Sequence record: NZ_LC532224.1
Source: a plasmid
Direction: 5' to 3' (one strand)
Length of the DNA: 64,000 nucleotides
Shown: piece after piece, positions 1 to 9,195 of the stretch
How the letters are laid out: each line of letters opens with the position of its first letter
Position numbering within the stretch: position 1 is the first letter of the stretch
Notes under the pieces: model-generated
What the model was told of the DNA's origin: nothing
The model's input: only the letters and a program-made list of their open reading frames with translations
Database searches by the model: none
Translations under genes and position numbers: made by a program

Positions 1-53
1 GAGTGTATTATGATTAAGTAAATCCTTATCAAAGAATTAGAAAGTGAGGTCGT

Positions 54-458
54 ATGTCTGAAGCACTCAAATCGTTAAACAATATTCGTACTCTTCGCGC
101 CCAGGGCCGCGAGCTGCCTTTAGAAGTACTTGAGGAAATCCTCGAAAAGCTTAATGTCATTGTTGATGAGCGTCGTCAGGAAGAATCATCCAAAGCTGCC
201 GAACTGCAAGCTCGTCAGGAGAAACTTGACGCCCTGCGTAAGTTAATGGAAGAAGATGGTATCAACCCGGAAGAGCTGCTTGGCTCATTCCAGGCCAAAT
301 CTACGGCTACCAAGAAAAGCCGTGAACCACGCCCGGCCAAATACTCATTTACTGATGAAAATGGCGAAACAAAAACGTGGACTGGACAGGGCCGTACCCC
401 CAAAGCTCTGGCAGAACAAATTGCAGCCGGTAAAAGTCTTGATGATTTCCTGATCTAA
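54..458 (+). CDS. hns: H-NS family nucleoid-associated DNA-binding protein (plasmid-borne paralog)
   Basis: The 134-aa protein begins [17 protein letters not shown]... and ends ...[20 protein letters not shown]...KSLDDFLI. This matches the canonical H-NS N-terminal oligomerisation region and C-terminal DNA-binding motif (TWTGQGRTP). A Shine-Dalgarno sequence (gtgagg) lies upstream. Confidence 0.9.
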   Translation: MSEALKSLNNIRTLRAQGRELPLEVLEEILEKLNVIVDERRQEESSKAAELQARQEKLDALRKLMEEDGINPEELLGSFQAKSTATKKSREPRPAKYSFTDENGETKTWTGQGRTPKALAEQIAAGKSLDDFLI

Positions 459-799
459 CTTTTGCCACCAGTTTTGATAGAGGCCACTTCGGTGGCCTTT
501 TCTCATACGGAATCAATTTCAGGTACAGAACATATGAAAAATTCAGAACCTAAGAGCTGTGATCCCTATGTGGACAGTTTGATTAGAAATGCAGATGCAA
601 AGGAAGCCAGGTCATTTCTCAAAATATTGAAGCCCTTACCATTCCTTATCGTTATCATCGCTGTATTCTTTTTTTGGGTATCGTTTTCCCGTTTATTATC
701 CCAGGTCGCGTAAAACCTTTTTAAAGACTCTTCTTTACCAGATATGCTCCCTCACCGGGATGGTTTCAACCTCTTCAGTTTCCCATATTGGCAAAACCT

Positions 800-1003
800 T
801 CAGGAAATAAGACGATACCCTCCACGCTTTCCATTAAAGCGGGATGACGACGCCCAGTTCTTACGACCAGACTCCACGTTTTCGATTAGGATGCCTTTGG
901 GCCCTTCTAACGAGGCCACCTCAACAACTCGCACTTTCCGGATCAGTCTTGGATCCACTTCTTCCCAGATCTGGCCAACTGTAATATCTTTTTGGGTTTG
1001 CAT
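800..1003 (-). CDS. small hypothetical protein (67 aa)
   Basis: An ORF with a plausible Shine-Dalgarno (gagag) upstream on the minus strand. No recognisable domain. Confidence 0.25.
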   Translation of the reverse strand: MQTQKDITVGQIWEEVDPRLIRKVRVVEVASLEGPKGILIENVESGRKNWASSSRFNGKRGGYRLIS

Positions 1004-1064
1004 TTAATCTCTCGCTGTCATTTAGTGAACAAGACTAATCCTCGCCGTGGTTCAGCTTATGGCT

Positions 1065-1922
1065 TTATTTACGCTGACGATCCTTAGCCTTAAATTTTTG
1101 CCATCGTATCCGAAGGTTTTCGATGTTAACCGGAACCTGCATGCGTGTCGTCTCTATCTCATTCCCATGCCATTTCAGGAGATCATCATCCAACTCCCGG
1201 GCCTCCCGGCTGAAGTAAATTTTCATAGTGTCAGGGTTTATGGCGCAATGGTCATTGTCGAACAGTGTATGGATATCACGGCGAAGTAAAATTCCGTTCG
1301 TTACGTCGGGAATGCCTTCTTCATGACGTGGCGTTAAGTGCGCGGCCTCAGTACGCCAGGGGGACCTTACGCCGGTGACAACACATCGCCCGTAGCAATT
1401 CAACCTAACATCCCGGGCGAAAGGACCTTGGTCAGGACTGGTGACAGAAGTACATTCCTGGCCCTCTTTGTAGATACGCTTCGGGAAGTCGATAGTGGTT
1501 TGAGCTGTTTGGGAAAGTGACACATACGTAACCCCTTTGTATCTCTTTATCCCACCATTAAAAGTGGTAGGAATCGAGCTGGTTATGGCCACCAGTTTCA
1601 CATCGCCCATTTCGACGATCTTAAGGCTCTTATTAGCGGCTACATGTAACTGGATGAATTTACCTACGTACACATCATGGTTCTCATCTTGTCTTTCAAC
1701 ACACAGAACGACATGGTCGAAGGTTCTCTTGTCAGAGATTACCCAGTTGCCGGTTTTCACACGGCCTGCTTCACTCACCCCTGCGGTAAGATCGGGTATG
1801 AGCGTCCCCTGCATGCCGTCAGTTCGAATTGAAAGAATTTCACCCGATAAACCCAGCTCTGCAAGCTCACTAATAAACGGTCTTTTCATCCGGCTTACCG
1901 GTTTTGGCTTCGTCATTTTCAT
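1065..1922 (-). CDS. HNH endonuclease with ~180-aa N-terminal domain of unknown function
   Basis: The C-terminal region CYGRCVVTG...AAHLTPRHEEG...NGILLRRDIHTLFDNDHCAI fits the HNH (HNH_2-type) nuclease motif, with Cys/His metal ligands, the catalytic His and a conserved Asn. The N-terminal ~150 aa is β-rich and could be a nucleic-acid-binding domain. Confidence 0.75.
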   Translation of the reverse strand: MKMTKPKPVSRMKRPFISELAELGLSGEILSIRTDGMQGTLIPDLTAGVSEAGRVKTGNWVISDKRTFDHVVLCVERQDENHDVYVGKFIQLHVAANKSLKIVEMGDVKLVAITSSIPTTFNGGIKRYKGVTYVSLSQTAQTTIDFPKRIYKEGQECTSVTSPDQGPFARDVRLNCYGRCVVTGVRSPWRTEAAHLTPRHEEGIPDVTNGILLRRDIHTLFDNDHCAINPDTMKIYFSREARELDDDLLKWHGNEIETTRMQVPVNIENLRIRWQKFKAKDRQRK

Positions 1923-1937
1923 CTTTGCTGTAACACC

Positions 1938-2246
1938 TCAGTACCCCATTGCTCGTTCCTGGCGGGACAGCCGTTCATCAGCAGCCTGAAGACGCTCATC
2001 ACGCCGCCGTGCTGCCAGAACCCGTCGTTCTGAAAAAGACATAGCCGCTACGTTTGGTACGCTGAGCTTACCGTCACCGGCACAAACGTCACAGCGAACA
2101 TCAAATGCTCCGGCAAAATACTTTTCACGCATTTCTGGCTCCCACTCAGCCATTTCTGATTGGGTGAATCCATTTTCAAAGGCCGGGTTTTCCATGGTCC
2201 CGTGGCCTTCGCACTGGTGACAGATTATGTACTTAAATTTGCGCAT
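1938..2246 (-). CDS. small zinc-ribbon protein (C-x2-C...C-x2-C), probably co-transcribed with the HNH endonuclease
   Basis: The 102-aa ORF contains CHQCEGHG...CDVCAGDG. Its stop lies 16 nt upstream of the HNH gene start on the same strand. Confidence 0.5.
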   Translation of the reverse strand: MRKFKYIICHQCEGHGTMENPAFENGFTQSEMAEWEPEMREKYFAGAFDVRCDVCAGDGKLSVPNVAAMSFSERRVLAARRRDERLQAADERLSRQERAMGY

Positions 2247-2794
2247 GTAACGCTCCTGTATATGATGGATGAACCACTCTCGTTCAGGGTTATGGCGAAA
2301 TGTTTATCGCCGCAGCGAGAGATTCAGTCTTGCTATCAATATTCCTGAAGGTTGTCCGCCTGATTTCAGGGAAAGCATTCATTCACTGGCCGGTTCTACC
2401 TTATTATTCATACAGATTAAAGTAGTTGTGCCTACTACTGCGGTCACCTTCCTTGACAAAGTAAGCAAAGTTTGAAAAATTTAACACCGACGAAAGGCCA
2501 TACCTTCGTTAGTGTGCGAAAGCCGCTTGCGAGCGACGGAATAGGTGAAAGCTTTAGTCAGGGTTAATTACCCTGTCTGCGGTGATGGGATGGCTCAGGC
2601 GTATATCATCACTCCTTCCAAAGTCCGTACACACTCTTTCAGCCTTTGCAGAAATGCAGGGGCTGTTTCATATCAGACAAGCGCAATGAAATTTTCAAAT
2701 GCTTTCCAGAAATTCAAAGGCCTTAAGCTTTATCTGTATCTTACGGTCCCCGCACGGAAAGTAACTTTCCTGAACAGGAACCGCCTTGCCAGCC

Positions 2795-3220
2795 TTAACT
2801 TTCTAAACGGTTAAAGTTACACCAGGCTGTAAATGGTGAAACAGTTTTTGAAGCCCATGAAACACCGCTGTCGGAAAGATAACTAGCCCCAAGACGTCTA
2901 ACTTCTTTTTGATGTAGAGCTAATTCTTTCGGATCGGCAATATCTTCCACCACGCTCATCATGGCAATCTGAACTCCGGGAGATGCCATTTTATAAGCTG
3001 TCGAGCTTGCAACTGAATTTTTCAGGATTGCCAATCTTTCTTTTTCTGGTCGCCCGTTGTCAGACGTATTCGCGTACGTTGTACCCGCAACTAACAATGG
3101 AAGACTGGCGTTGGCACAGAACTGCATAACGCGTTTTTGCTGGAGCTGTAATTCAGTGGCTGCAAATGCTTTACTGCATCCGAGGATCCCGATAATCATC
3201 ACTAATGCTGTTTTATACAT
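2795..3220 (-). CDS. putative lipoprotein / secreted protein
   Basis: The N-terminus MYKTALVMIIGILGCSKAFA resembles a signal peptide with a lipobox-like Cys. Confidence 0.5.
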   Translation of the reverse strand: MYKTALVMIIGILGCSKAFAATELQLQQKRVMQFCANASLPLLVAGTTYANTSDNGRPEKERLAILKNSVASSTAYKMASPGVQIAMMSVVEDIADPKELALHQKEVRRLGASYLSDSGVSWASKTVSPFTAWCNFNRLES

Positions 3221-3472
3221 AAAATTGAAACCGTCCTTATTGAACTTTAAATGTTGCGGTTAACACTGTGTGGAGATGTATGGACTGGATAATACCCACA
3301 TGCCTGCGCCTGCCAGTATACCGGCTCAGGTATTAAACCTAAGAGATCTGGTGCACCGGATTTTACCTTTTCATTTCGGTTTTATCTTGAGCCTGGCTCT
3401 TGAGTTTAAATTTAAAGGTATGGCGCATGCAGGTTTCACTGACGGGTTTTCACACATCCCGGCTGTAACCCA

Positions 3473-4288
3473 TCATTGTTCATGAGCCAGGCCCTGGTAT
3501 CCTGCCCAGCGTACGGCCAGCCGCTCTAAGTCCAGATCGTACACCAGCGGTGTGATTTTACGGCCTTCAAACAGCTCGCCCAGCTCAATGCCTGGCTTAA
3601 AATGAACGGTCAGGGTGGCCGGATCTATGCCCATAAGATCGGCATCAAACAGAGCATGCATTGTTGGAGTCATCAGGATGCCATTAGACGGATTGTACCG
3701 GGTTCCATGTTCAATGTGTGCCGCATCCAGGACACCGCCATTAACCCAACCGGTTACCGCACAACGGCCCGCGAAATTCTCGATGAGCAGAGCTTTAAAT
3801 TTACCCTGTGCCACGCCACTACGTTGCGTCACTACGCGCTCGCAGTGCTCACCCTGGATATCTACGTCAGGTTTCCGCTTTGGTTCGCTGGTGGCCGTCT
3901 CAGCTTGTTTTAGGGTGGAACGTGGATAGGCCAGGTTATATGCTGCGCCTGTGGTCATTTGCTCGATGACCGCAGGTGCATAACCTTCTGCTTCCAGCTT
4001 ACGATATGCAGCCCGGTAGTCTCTTTGGGTTTTCAGCGGGTATATCTTTCCGCCTTTACCATCGAAAGCGATAAACCAGAAATCGTCCGTGCCAGTTTCC
4101 AGATTTCTGCAACGTTTCAGATGCCATCCGCCTTCTCTCGCCCAGATGGTACGGTTATTTCTGGCATTCGTTTTGTCATAACCGTTCTCGTCAAGCCAGC
4201 TATCAAAGCTGGTCAGCCCCAGATCCTGAACCTCCAGAGAAGGCACTCGAATGACCTGCAAGGTATGGCGGGGTCTTGGCTCTCTCAT
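3473..4288 (-). CDS. HNH endonuclease (second copy, different N-terminal domain)
   Basis: AGRCAVTGW...AAHIEHGTRYNPSNGILMTPTMHALFDADLMGI shows the same HNH_2-type motif as the 1065-1922 gene. Confidence 0.75.
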   Translation of the reverse strand: MREPRPRHTLQVIRVPSLEVQDLGLTSFDSWLDENGYDKTNARNNRTIWAREGGWHLKRCRNLETGTDDFWFIAFDGKGGKIYPLKTQRDYRAAYRKLEAEGYAPAVIEQMTTGAAYNLAYPRSTLKQAETATSEPKRKPDVDIQGEHCERVVTQRSGVAQGKFKALLIENFAGRCAVTGWVNGGVLDAAHIEHGTRYNPSNGILMTPTMHALFDADLMGIDPATLTVHFKPGIELGELFEGRKITPLVYDLDLERLAVRWAGYQGLAHEQ

Positions 4289-4300
4289 CTTGATCTCTTC

Positions 4301-4711
4301 CTAGCGCTGGTCTGGGAAATACGGATATTGCGGGCCATATTCATAGTCATGCGGGCCTGGCTCAACTTCCCAGAATGGACGGCCGCTAATTGTCTTTGGA
4401 CCGCGCTCGTTTACGATGTCTTCTACATCCTGAATATTAAATGGCATCGTTGCCAGTAACAGCTGATCTTCGGGTGTCAGCGTCACAGTTGCACCGTCGA
4501 TACGGCTGTAAAGGTCGGCAAACTGTTTACCTGCACCGTGCAACCGGTGCTCCGCTACACTTCTGATTGCGTGTAAGTCCAGCTCCGCCGCTTCCATGCG
4601 ATCCACGTATAGTTTCATTTCTTTACGCAAAGCGCTCAGCTCACGGGCTTTAATAAACCCGCAGGCGTACCCACCCAGGGCGATAACTGCAATGATTGCT
4701 AAAATTGCCAT
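4301..4711 (-). CDS. membrane-anchored protein, immediately upstream of HNH endonuclease 2
   Basis: The N-terminal transmembrane helix MAILAIIAVIALGGYACGF is followed by a coiled-coil. There is a 12-nt gap to the HNH gene on the same strand. Confidence 0.5.
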   Translation of the reverse strand: MAILAIIAVIALGGYACGFIKARELSALRKEMKLYVDRMEAAELDLHAIRSVAEHRLHGAGKQFADLYSRIDGATVTLTPEDQLLLATMPFNIQDVEDIVNERGPKTISGRPFWEVEPGPHDYEYGPQYPYFPDQR

Positions 4712-4811
4712 TTTTTTCTCTCACGTGATTGCGGCCGTTACTCTAGTCTTAATGTGAAGTCTGGGAATTCGCTGGATGTTAAGTACGTTTTCATCCCCAG
4801 ACTGACAGATG

Positions 4812-5018
4812 CTAAGGCGCGATCCCAACACTCCATTTGTAAGTATCAGGCCCATCTTCTCCGCTGGTGGCATCTGCTACAATCTGTGCATAACGTTCTC
4901 CAGCAAGTTCTCTTACCATCTGATCCACGACCCATTGCAGATGATGCATTTCATCGGTTCCGCCGTAACGACAAGCCAACTCAATAGCCCGCTCTATTCT
5001 TTTTTGTTCTTCAGTCAT
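4812..5018 (-). CDS. small hypothetical protein (68 aa)
   Basis: ORF only. Confidence 0.3.
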   Translation of the reverse strand: MTEEQKRIERAIELACRYGGTDEMHHLQWVVDQMVRELAGERYAQIVADATSGEDGPDTYKWSVGIAP

Positions 5019-5078
5019 ACTGAATCCTCACGCTTACATCAGCTATTCTGAAAACATGCACACTATAAATTGCGGCTG

Positions 5079-6404
5079 TCATTTCTCAGCCAGGCGCCTG
5101 CATTGCTGCCTCATTCCATCAAAAATACTTTCCGCAAGCTGCTGGGGGAACTGGTCCGGAAGAAGCCCGCTAACACGTTCAATGACACCCGGGGTTCTGG
5201 CGATGATTTCCTCTATCATCGCCTCTGTCTGCTGTTTACTCAGGCCGGTTATCTCACCATGCCTGATCCAGTGGCGTCGTTGTATTCGATATATCTGGTA
5301 ATAGTTGCTACTGCCACGTACGGCCATCGCCAGTTTGCACTTCTGCCAGGATATCTGATTGTTCCCATGACCGATCACCGGCCATGCCGACAACACATCA
5401 TAGAGTGGTGTAAGGTGATAACGTCCCTGTGGCCCAATAGAAATACTGAAATTTTTAGCGTGGCCATCTGTTGCGGCCATCATCCAGAAAACTATCTGCG
5501 TCATAAAAAACTGCGCTTTGTCACGCTCAGCACGGTCTGAATTACTCAGAACTTCCATAATTTCCGATATACCTGGCCCGCCGTCCGCCTGATATTTTCG
5601 TAATGGCGAAATGCCCAGGGCCTGACACATATCCTCCTGGGGTAAACGAATGATCCATTGTCCGTTTCCTGACCATTTTCGGTCAAAACGTTCTACCACC
5701 AGCGCTTTCTGATCTTCAAAGTGAGCAATCTGCGTTCTTGCCACGGGGAGCCCGTACTGTTCGAGAAGTACCGAGCAGAGCCATTCATTTTCAACCGACG
5801 AGCGCATGTCGGCTTTCATGTTCCCCACAAGTCCGAGCGGTAGCTTGAATATATGCGTCGTTGGTGTATTACCCTCCGGCATACACCACCGATCTTCATG
5901 CCACAGTAGGGCTGTTTTCTCCTGAGCACCGGCAATAGATAAACGTAAGTCGTCGTTATCTTCTGGCCTGCCCGGTAGCAATGTCTCCGTGGTATTACGC
6001 AAAGTTGCCGCAATTTCTGATTCAGTAAGCGGGTGATACTTCACGGAATATAAATCTGTGGGTTCATCTCCGTCATGAAGCAGCTGTATCGCGCCCACGC
6101 AGTCTTTTCCCAGCTCCGTCAGAAGATCAAAAGGCTCCAGGCTATCGGCCTTGTAACGCATTGCCAGACGTCTGCGTATGCCTTCGCTGTCCGGGAGTAA
6201 ATTATCAAAATAGTCACGTACCACATTTCCACGCCAGACCTGGTTCCCGGGAGTAAAAGGAAGGGACAATGACAGCGGCCTTCCCTGTTCGTCTGCACTC
6301 CAGTCAGGAAGGTATTGTAAGCTGTCTACCCCTTTACTTTTTTCCCAGTATCCGACTTTGATTCCGTTCATCCAGATTGCCAGACGCTGCTGTTTCCGGC
6401 TCAT
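5079..6404 (-). CDS. hipA: HipA-family serine/threonine kinase toxin
   Basis: The 441-aa protein is collinear with E. coli HipA, including ...SLSLP..., FDNLLPDS, SIAGAQEKTAL, ATDGHAKNFS and RLPQEDMCQ. It overlaps the upstream hipB by ATGA. Confidence 0.9.
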   Translation of the reverse strand: MSRKQQRLAIWMNGIKVGYWEKSKGVDSLQYLPDWSADEQGRPLSLSLPFTPGNQVWRGNVVRDYFDNLLPDSEGIRRRLAMRYKADSLEPFDLLTELGKDCVGAIQLLHDGDEPTDLYSVKYHPLTESEIAATLRNTTETLLPGRPEDNDDLRLSIAGAQEKTALLWHEDRWCMPEGNTPTTHIFKLPLGLVGNMKADMRSSVENEWLCSVLLEQYGLPVARTQIAHFEDQKALVVERFDRKWSGNGQWIIRLPQEDMCQALGISPLRKYQADGGPGISEIMEVLSNSDRAERDKAQFFMTQIVFWMMAATDGHAKNFSISIGPQGRYHLTPLYDVLSAWPVIGHGNNQISWQKCKLAMAVRGSSNYYQIYRIQRRHWIRHGEITGLSKQQTEAMIEEIIARTPGVIERVSGLLPDQFPQQLAESIFDGMRQQCRRLAEK

Positions 6405-6408
6405 ATCG

Positions 6409-6705
6409 TTACCATTTCTCCTGTCGTGCAGGTGAGTTTGATTTAAGCATTTCTTCCGTCTGCTTCCCCTCTGAAGAGGCGGTTGTCGAGGAGAAGCTGA
6501 TTTTTACGCCCAGGATAGAAAACACCTTGAATAGCCGTTCAATGCTCGCACTGGCAGGGTTGGCTTCCAGACGTGAGTATGTCTGTTGAGTGACCCCTAA
6601 CCTTTCGGACAGGTCTTTTTGCGTCAGGCCATTCGCCTTGCGAAAACCAATGAGCAAGGGACGCAACTGGTTGAGCGTGTTTAACGGGTAATCATTATTG
6701 ATCAT
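6409..6705 (-). CDS. hipB: HipB-like XRE-family HTH antitoxin
   Basis: A 98-aa protein with an HTH (LTQKDLSERLGVTQQTYSRLE) positioned directly upstream of hipA. Confidence 0.85.
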   Translation of the reverse strand: MINNDYPLNTLNQLRPLLIGFRKANGLTQKDLSERLGVTQQTYSRLEANPASASIERLFKVFSILGVKISFSSTTASSEGKQTEEMLKSNSPARQEKW

Positions 6706-6758
6706 AAGCTGGCCTCAGTAGTTCCTCTGATACACCTTGTACGCTGTTTTCTAAACAT

Positions 6759-6830
6759 ACACCCTAAAAGCTGTAATATCAAATTAACAGCCTAAAAGCT
6801 GTTAAATAGAGAGTACAACCTTTAGGCTGT
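6759..6830. promoter_or_regulatory. three palindromic operator-like sites (ACAGCCTAAAAGCTGT-like) spaced 28 bp, upstream of hipB
   Basis: The three sites are 6759-6774 acaccctaaaagctgt, 6787-6802 acagcctaaaagctgt (a perfect palindrome) and 6815-6830 acaacctttaggctgt. Confidence 0.5.
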
Positions 6831-7102
6831 TACTAAGTGGCAGCATAAATCTTTATGAGGTTTGATATGAGAGAACTATCAATAATAAGCCGTTACGCTC
6901 GTACAGCATCCGGTAAGAGAGCTGACAGATCAGGATCATCGGTAAACGAGAAGCGGAGTATCTTATGGCCCTGTTGTGAGCTGTATAAATAACTACGAGC
7001 TACTCTCTGCCTCGGGGAGGAGGCAGAGAGAGTATTAAAAGCAAAGGCAGACATTTTTAGCAGCTGGTGGGCTATGGGGTTCCGGAGGTGCTCCGGTGAA
7101 TG

Positions 7103-8491
7103 TTACTTGACTGGCAAGTTTCCTGCTCTGATGGTCAATGCCTCGATGCTGTCTATATTGTTCTGAAGCCGTTCCAGTTCTGCCTTTTCAATACCGGCCC
7201 AAAGCTTTAAGTGTCGCTGATAAAGGGACCACTTGAGTGAGTGAAAACCATTCCAGGCCAACCCCATCCAGGAGGCGTAATTCGCATTGAGAATATTGCC
7301 GGTGATATACATTTTACCTGCGTTAACAGCACTGGAAGTTCCATAACCCAGGGCAAGCATCATCCGGAAGCGTGGATTTAGCCGCAACGGCATGGTATCC
7401 AGTAAGGTCTCCCCAAAAGCTCCTTTTCCCAGCGATACCTGTTTCGCCACATAGAAAACCCGCATCAAAACTTCCATTATGCTCATCGGAATACTTGTCA
7501 CGATAAACTGACGAAAGTCATACCCGTTGACATACATGTACTCTATTTGTTTGCCGAAGTTAGAACTCCCCACAGGGATCCCCTCAAGCATACGAAGTAG
7601 CCCCATAAAAGGAGCCGGTAACCCCATGCCACGGTTTCCTTTTGCTGAGGGGGCATTAACATCCGATGCCAGGTGTCCAAACATTCTGGCGATGAGCCTG
7701 AAAATATTGGTTTCGTCTGTAACGCCTTTACTGGAAGGATAAACCACGATCTGTCCATTCTGAACCACCGTACAGGTCCCGTTCAGCATATCCTTTATAC
7801 CGAAAATAATGCCCAGTACGGGATCGTGTGACAAAGCTCTTAAGCGGTGATTTGTGGGAGACAAAACGCCACCGGCCGCACCCACTAAATCGCTGCTGAT
7901 CGAACTGTCTGGTGCCCCTATAGGGAACAAATCTGAGAGTTTTGTACTCAGGTCCTCCGGCAAAATGGCATTGAAGGCTTTCTGCACCTGTTTATTGAAA
8001 ATACCATCCACTTCTGCCGTAAAGCTCACCGTAGGTTTTGGCGGGGCTCTGACGCAAAGTAAATCCAGCATGGATGCTATGAGCCCGCATCCGCAGGCAA
8101 TAGCATAATCCCAGGCGTCGAGTGCGTAGCGATCATTAAATTCTTTAATATGATTCTGGATCCGGGCATCTACAACAGCCAAGTCATCCGTGGAGAGTAT
8201 TGTGGCCAGTCCAATATCACTGCATACACGCTGGTTAGCCTCGCTATATATAGTCTTGAGACCAGTAGAATGCATGGCAGTATCTGAAGGGGTCATTTCT
8301 CGCAGATGATGTTCTTTAAGCGCCAGATGCTCCGCTTCATCAAGTTCAGTGCCGCTGATTAGCCCGGTCAACTGTGCCTTAAGGCTCTCTATATCACTGT
8401 TAATTGTCTCGTGAGCGTTCGCGATATCCTGACCACGGAGCTGAATATAACGGATGGCCCTGAACTCATCATCATAAGGAGACTGACTCAT
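7103..8491 (-). CDS. 462-aa protein of unknown function with N-terminal coiled-coil and multiple hydrophobic/amphipathic segments
   Basis: A long ORF with consistent coding character. It ends 5 nt after the upstream Gly-zipper gene. No catalytic motif recognised. Confidence 0.6.
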   Translation of the reverse strand: MSQSPYDDEFRAIRYIQLRGQDIANAHETINSDIESLKAQLTGLISGTELDEAEHLALKEHHLREMTPSDTAMHSTGLKTIYSEANQRVCSDIGLATILSTDDLAVVDARIQNHIKEFNDRYALDAWDYAIACGCGLIASMLDLLCVRAPPKPTVSFTAEVDGIFNKQVQKAFNAILPEDLSTKLSDLFPIGAPDSSISSDLVGAAGGVLSPTNHRLRALSHDPVLGIIFGIKDMLNGTCTVVQNGQIVVYPSSKGVTDETNIFRLIARMFGHLASDVNAPSAKGNRGMGLPAPFMGLLRMLEGIPVGSSNFGKQIEYMYVNGYDFRQFIVTSIPMSIMEVLMRVFYVAKQVSLGKGAFGETLLDTMPLRLNPRFRMMLALGYGTSSAVNAGKMYITGNILNANYASWMGLAWNGFHSLKWSLYQRHLKLWAGIEKAELERLQNNIDSIEALTIRAGNLPVK

Positions 8492-8495
8492 GTGT

Positions 8496-8993
8496 TTACC
8501 TCACCGCGACCAGGCTACCTTTTGGAGCTTTCTTAGTAAGCATGTCGATTGTTGCCTTGATGCCAGCAATTTCTGCCTTAAAATATTCCGCATTCGACAT
8601 CAACCTTTCCTGAACTTCGTAGAGCTTTTGGATGGCCTGACTAAGGGCGGCTGTCAGTTTCGCATTTTTTTTGTGTTTCACTATCGCGTACCCGCCAATC
8701 CCTAACACAGCTACAGGTGCGGCCAATACCGCAATGCCTGCAACCATACCGCCACCGACGATAGACCCTGCTGTAGCGAGCCCGGAGGTTATGCCTGCTG
8801 CTGACACTCCCGTTGTACCAAGCGTATAGAGAGCACCGAAGGAAGCCGCTGCGCCTACGCCTGACCCCGCCAAAGCTGCTGCGCCCTCAGTAATACCCGG
8901 GAACTTATTTTCAAGCGCCTGAAGAGCACTTGTAACTTCATCCATTGCCTTCTTGCGAATTTTTTCGAGCTCTTCAGTTTCGGTAGCGTCCAT
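8496..8993 (-). CDS. glycine-zipper membrane protein (start probably MDATETEEL at 8993; ORF extends to 9065)
   Basis: The central segment AAALAGSGVGAAASFGALYTLGTTGVSAAGITSGLATAGSIVGGGMVAGIAVLAAPVAVLGIGGYAIV is a Gly/Ala zipper transmembrane region flanked by amphipathic helices. Confidence 0.6.
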   Translation of the reverse strand: MDATETEELEKIRKKAMDEVTSALQALENKFPGITEGAAALAGSGVGAAASFGALYTLGTTGVSAAGITSGLATAGSIVGGGMVAGIAVLAAPVAVLGIGGYAIVKHKKNAKLTAALSQAIQKLYEVQERLMSNAEYFKAEIAGIKATIDMLTKKAPKGSLVAVR

Positions 8994-9195
8994 TACAGGC
9001 CTCGTATTCATAACTTGCTGTGTGATAGGTGAAAAAGAGCACCATAAAAGTGATGAAGAAATCATGACTTACTATTGTGGCACTTTCGAGTTCATGTTTG
9101 TCAGTTTCAATGCTGTTGCTGTTAGTAAGGGCAGACGCCATATCGGGCAGACCCAAAATAACTATCGTGCCAGCGTCATTTTGGAACTGACTTTG

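Noticed and set aside
462-1007. Plus-strand ORFs 462-713 and 744-1007 downstream of hns.
   Set aside because: They lack a Shine-Dalgarno, have odd composition and overlap the convergent small minus-strand ORF; probably non-coding.
6849-6968. 40-codon ORF MRELSIISRYARTASGK... with good Shine-Dalgarno between hipB and the 462-aa gene.
   Set aside because: Too short and unsupported to call. It could be a leader peptide, but I cannot substantiate it.
7103-8491. Considered whether the 462-aa protein is a bacterial gasdermin cleaved by the adjacent protease.
   Set aside because: It is about twice the usual bacterial gasdermin length. It has no N-terminal Cys-containing motif and no recognisable gasdermin β-sheet signature by eye. 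Left as unknown.
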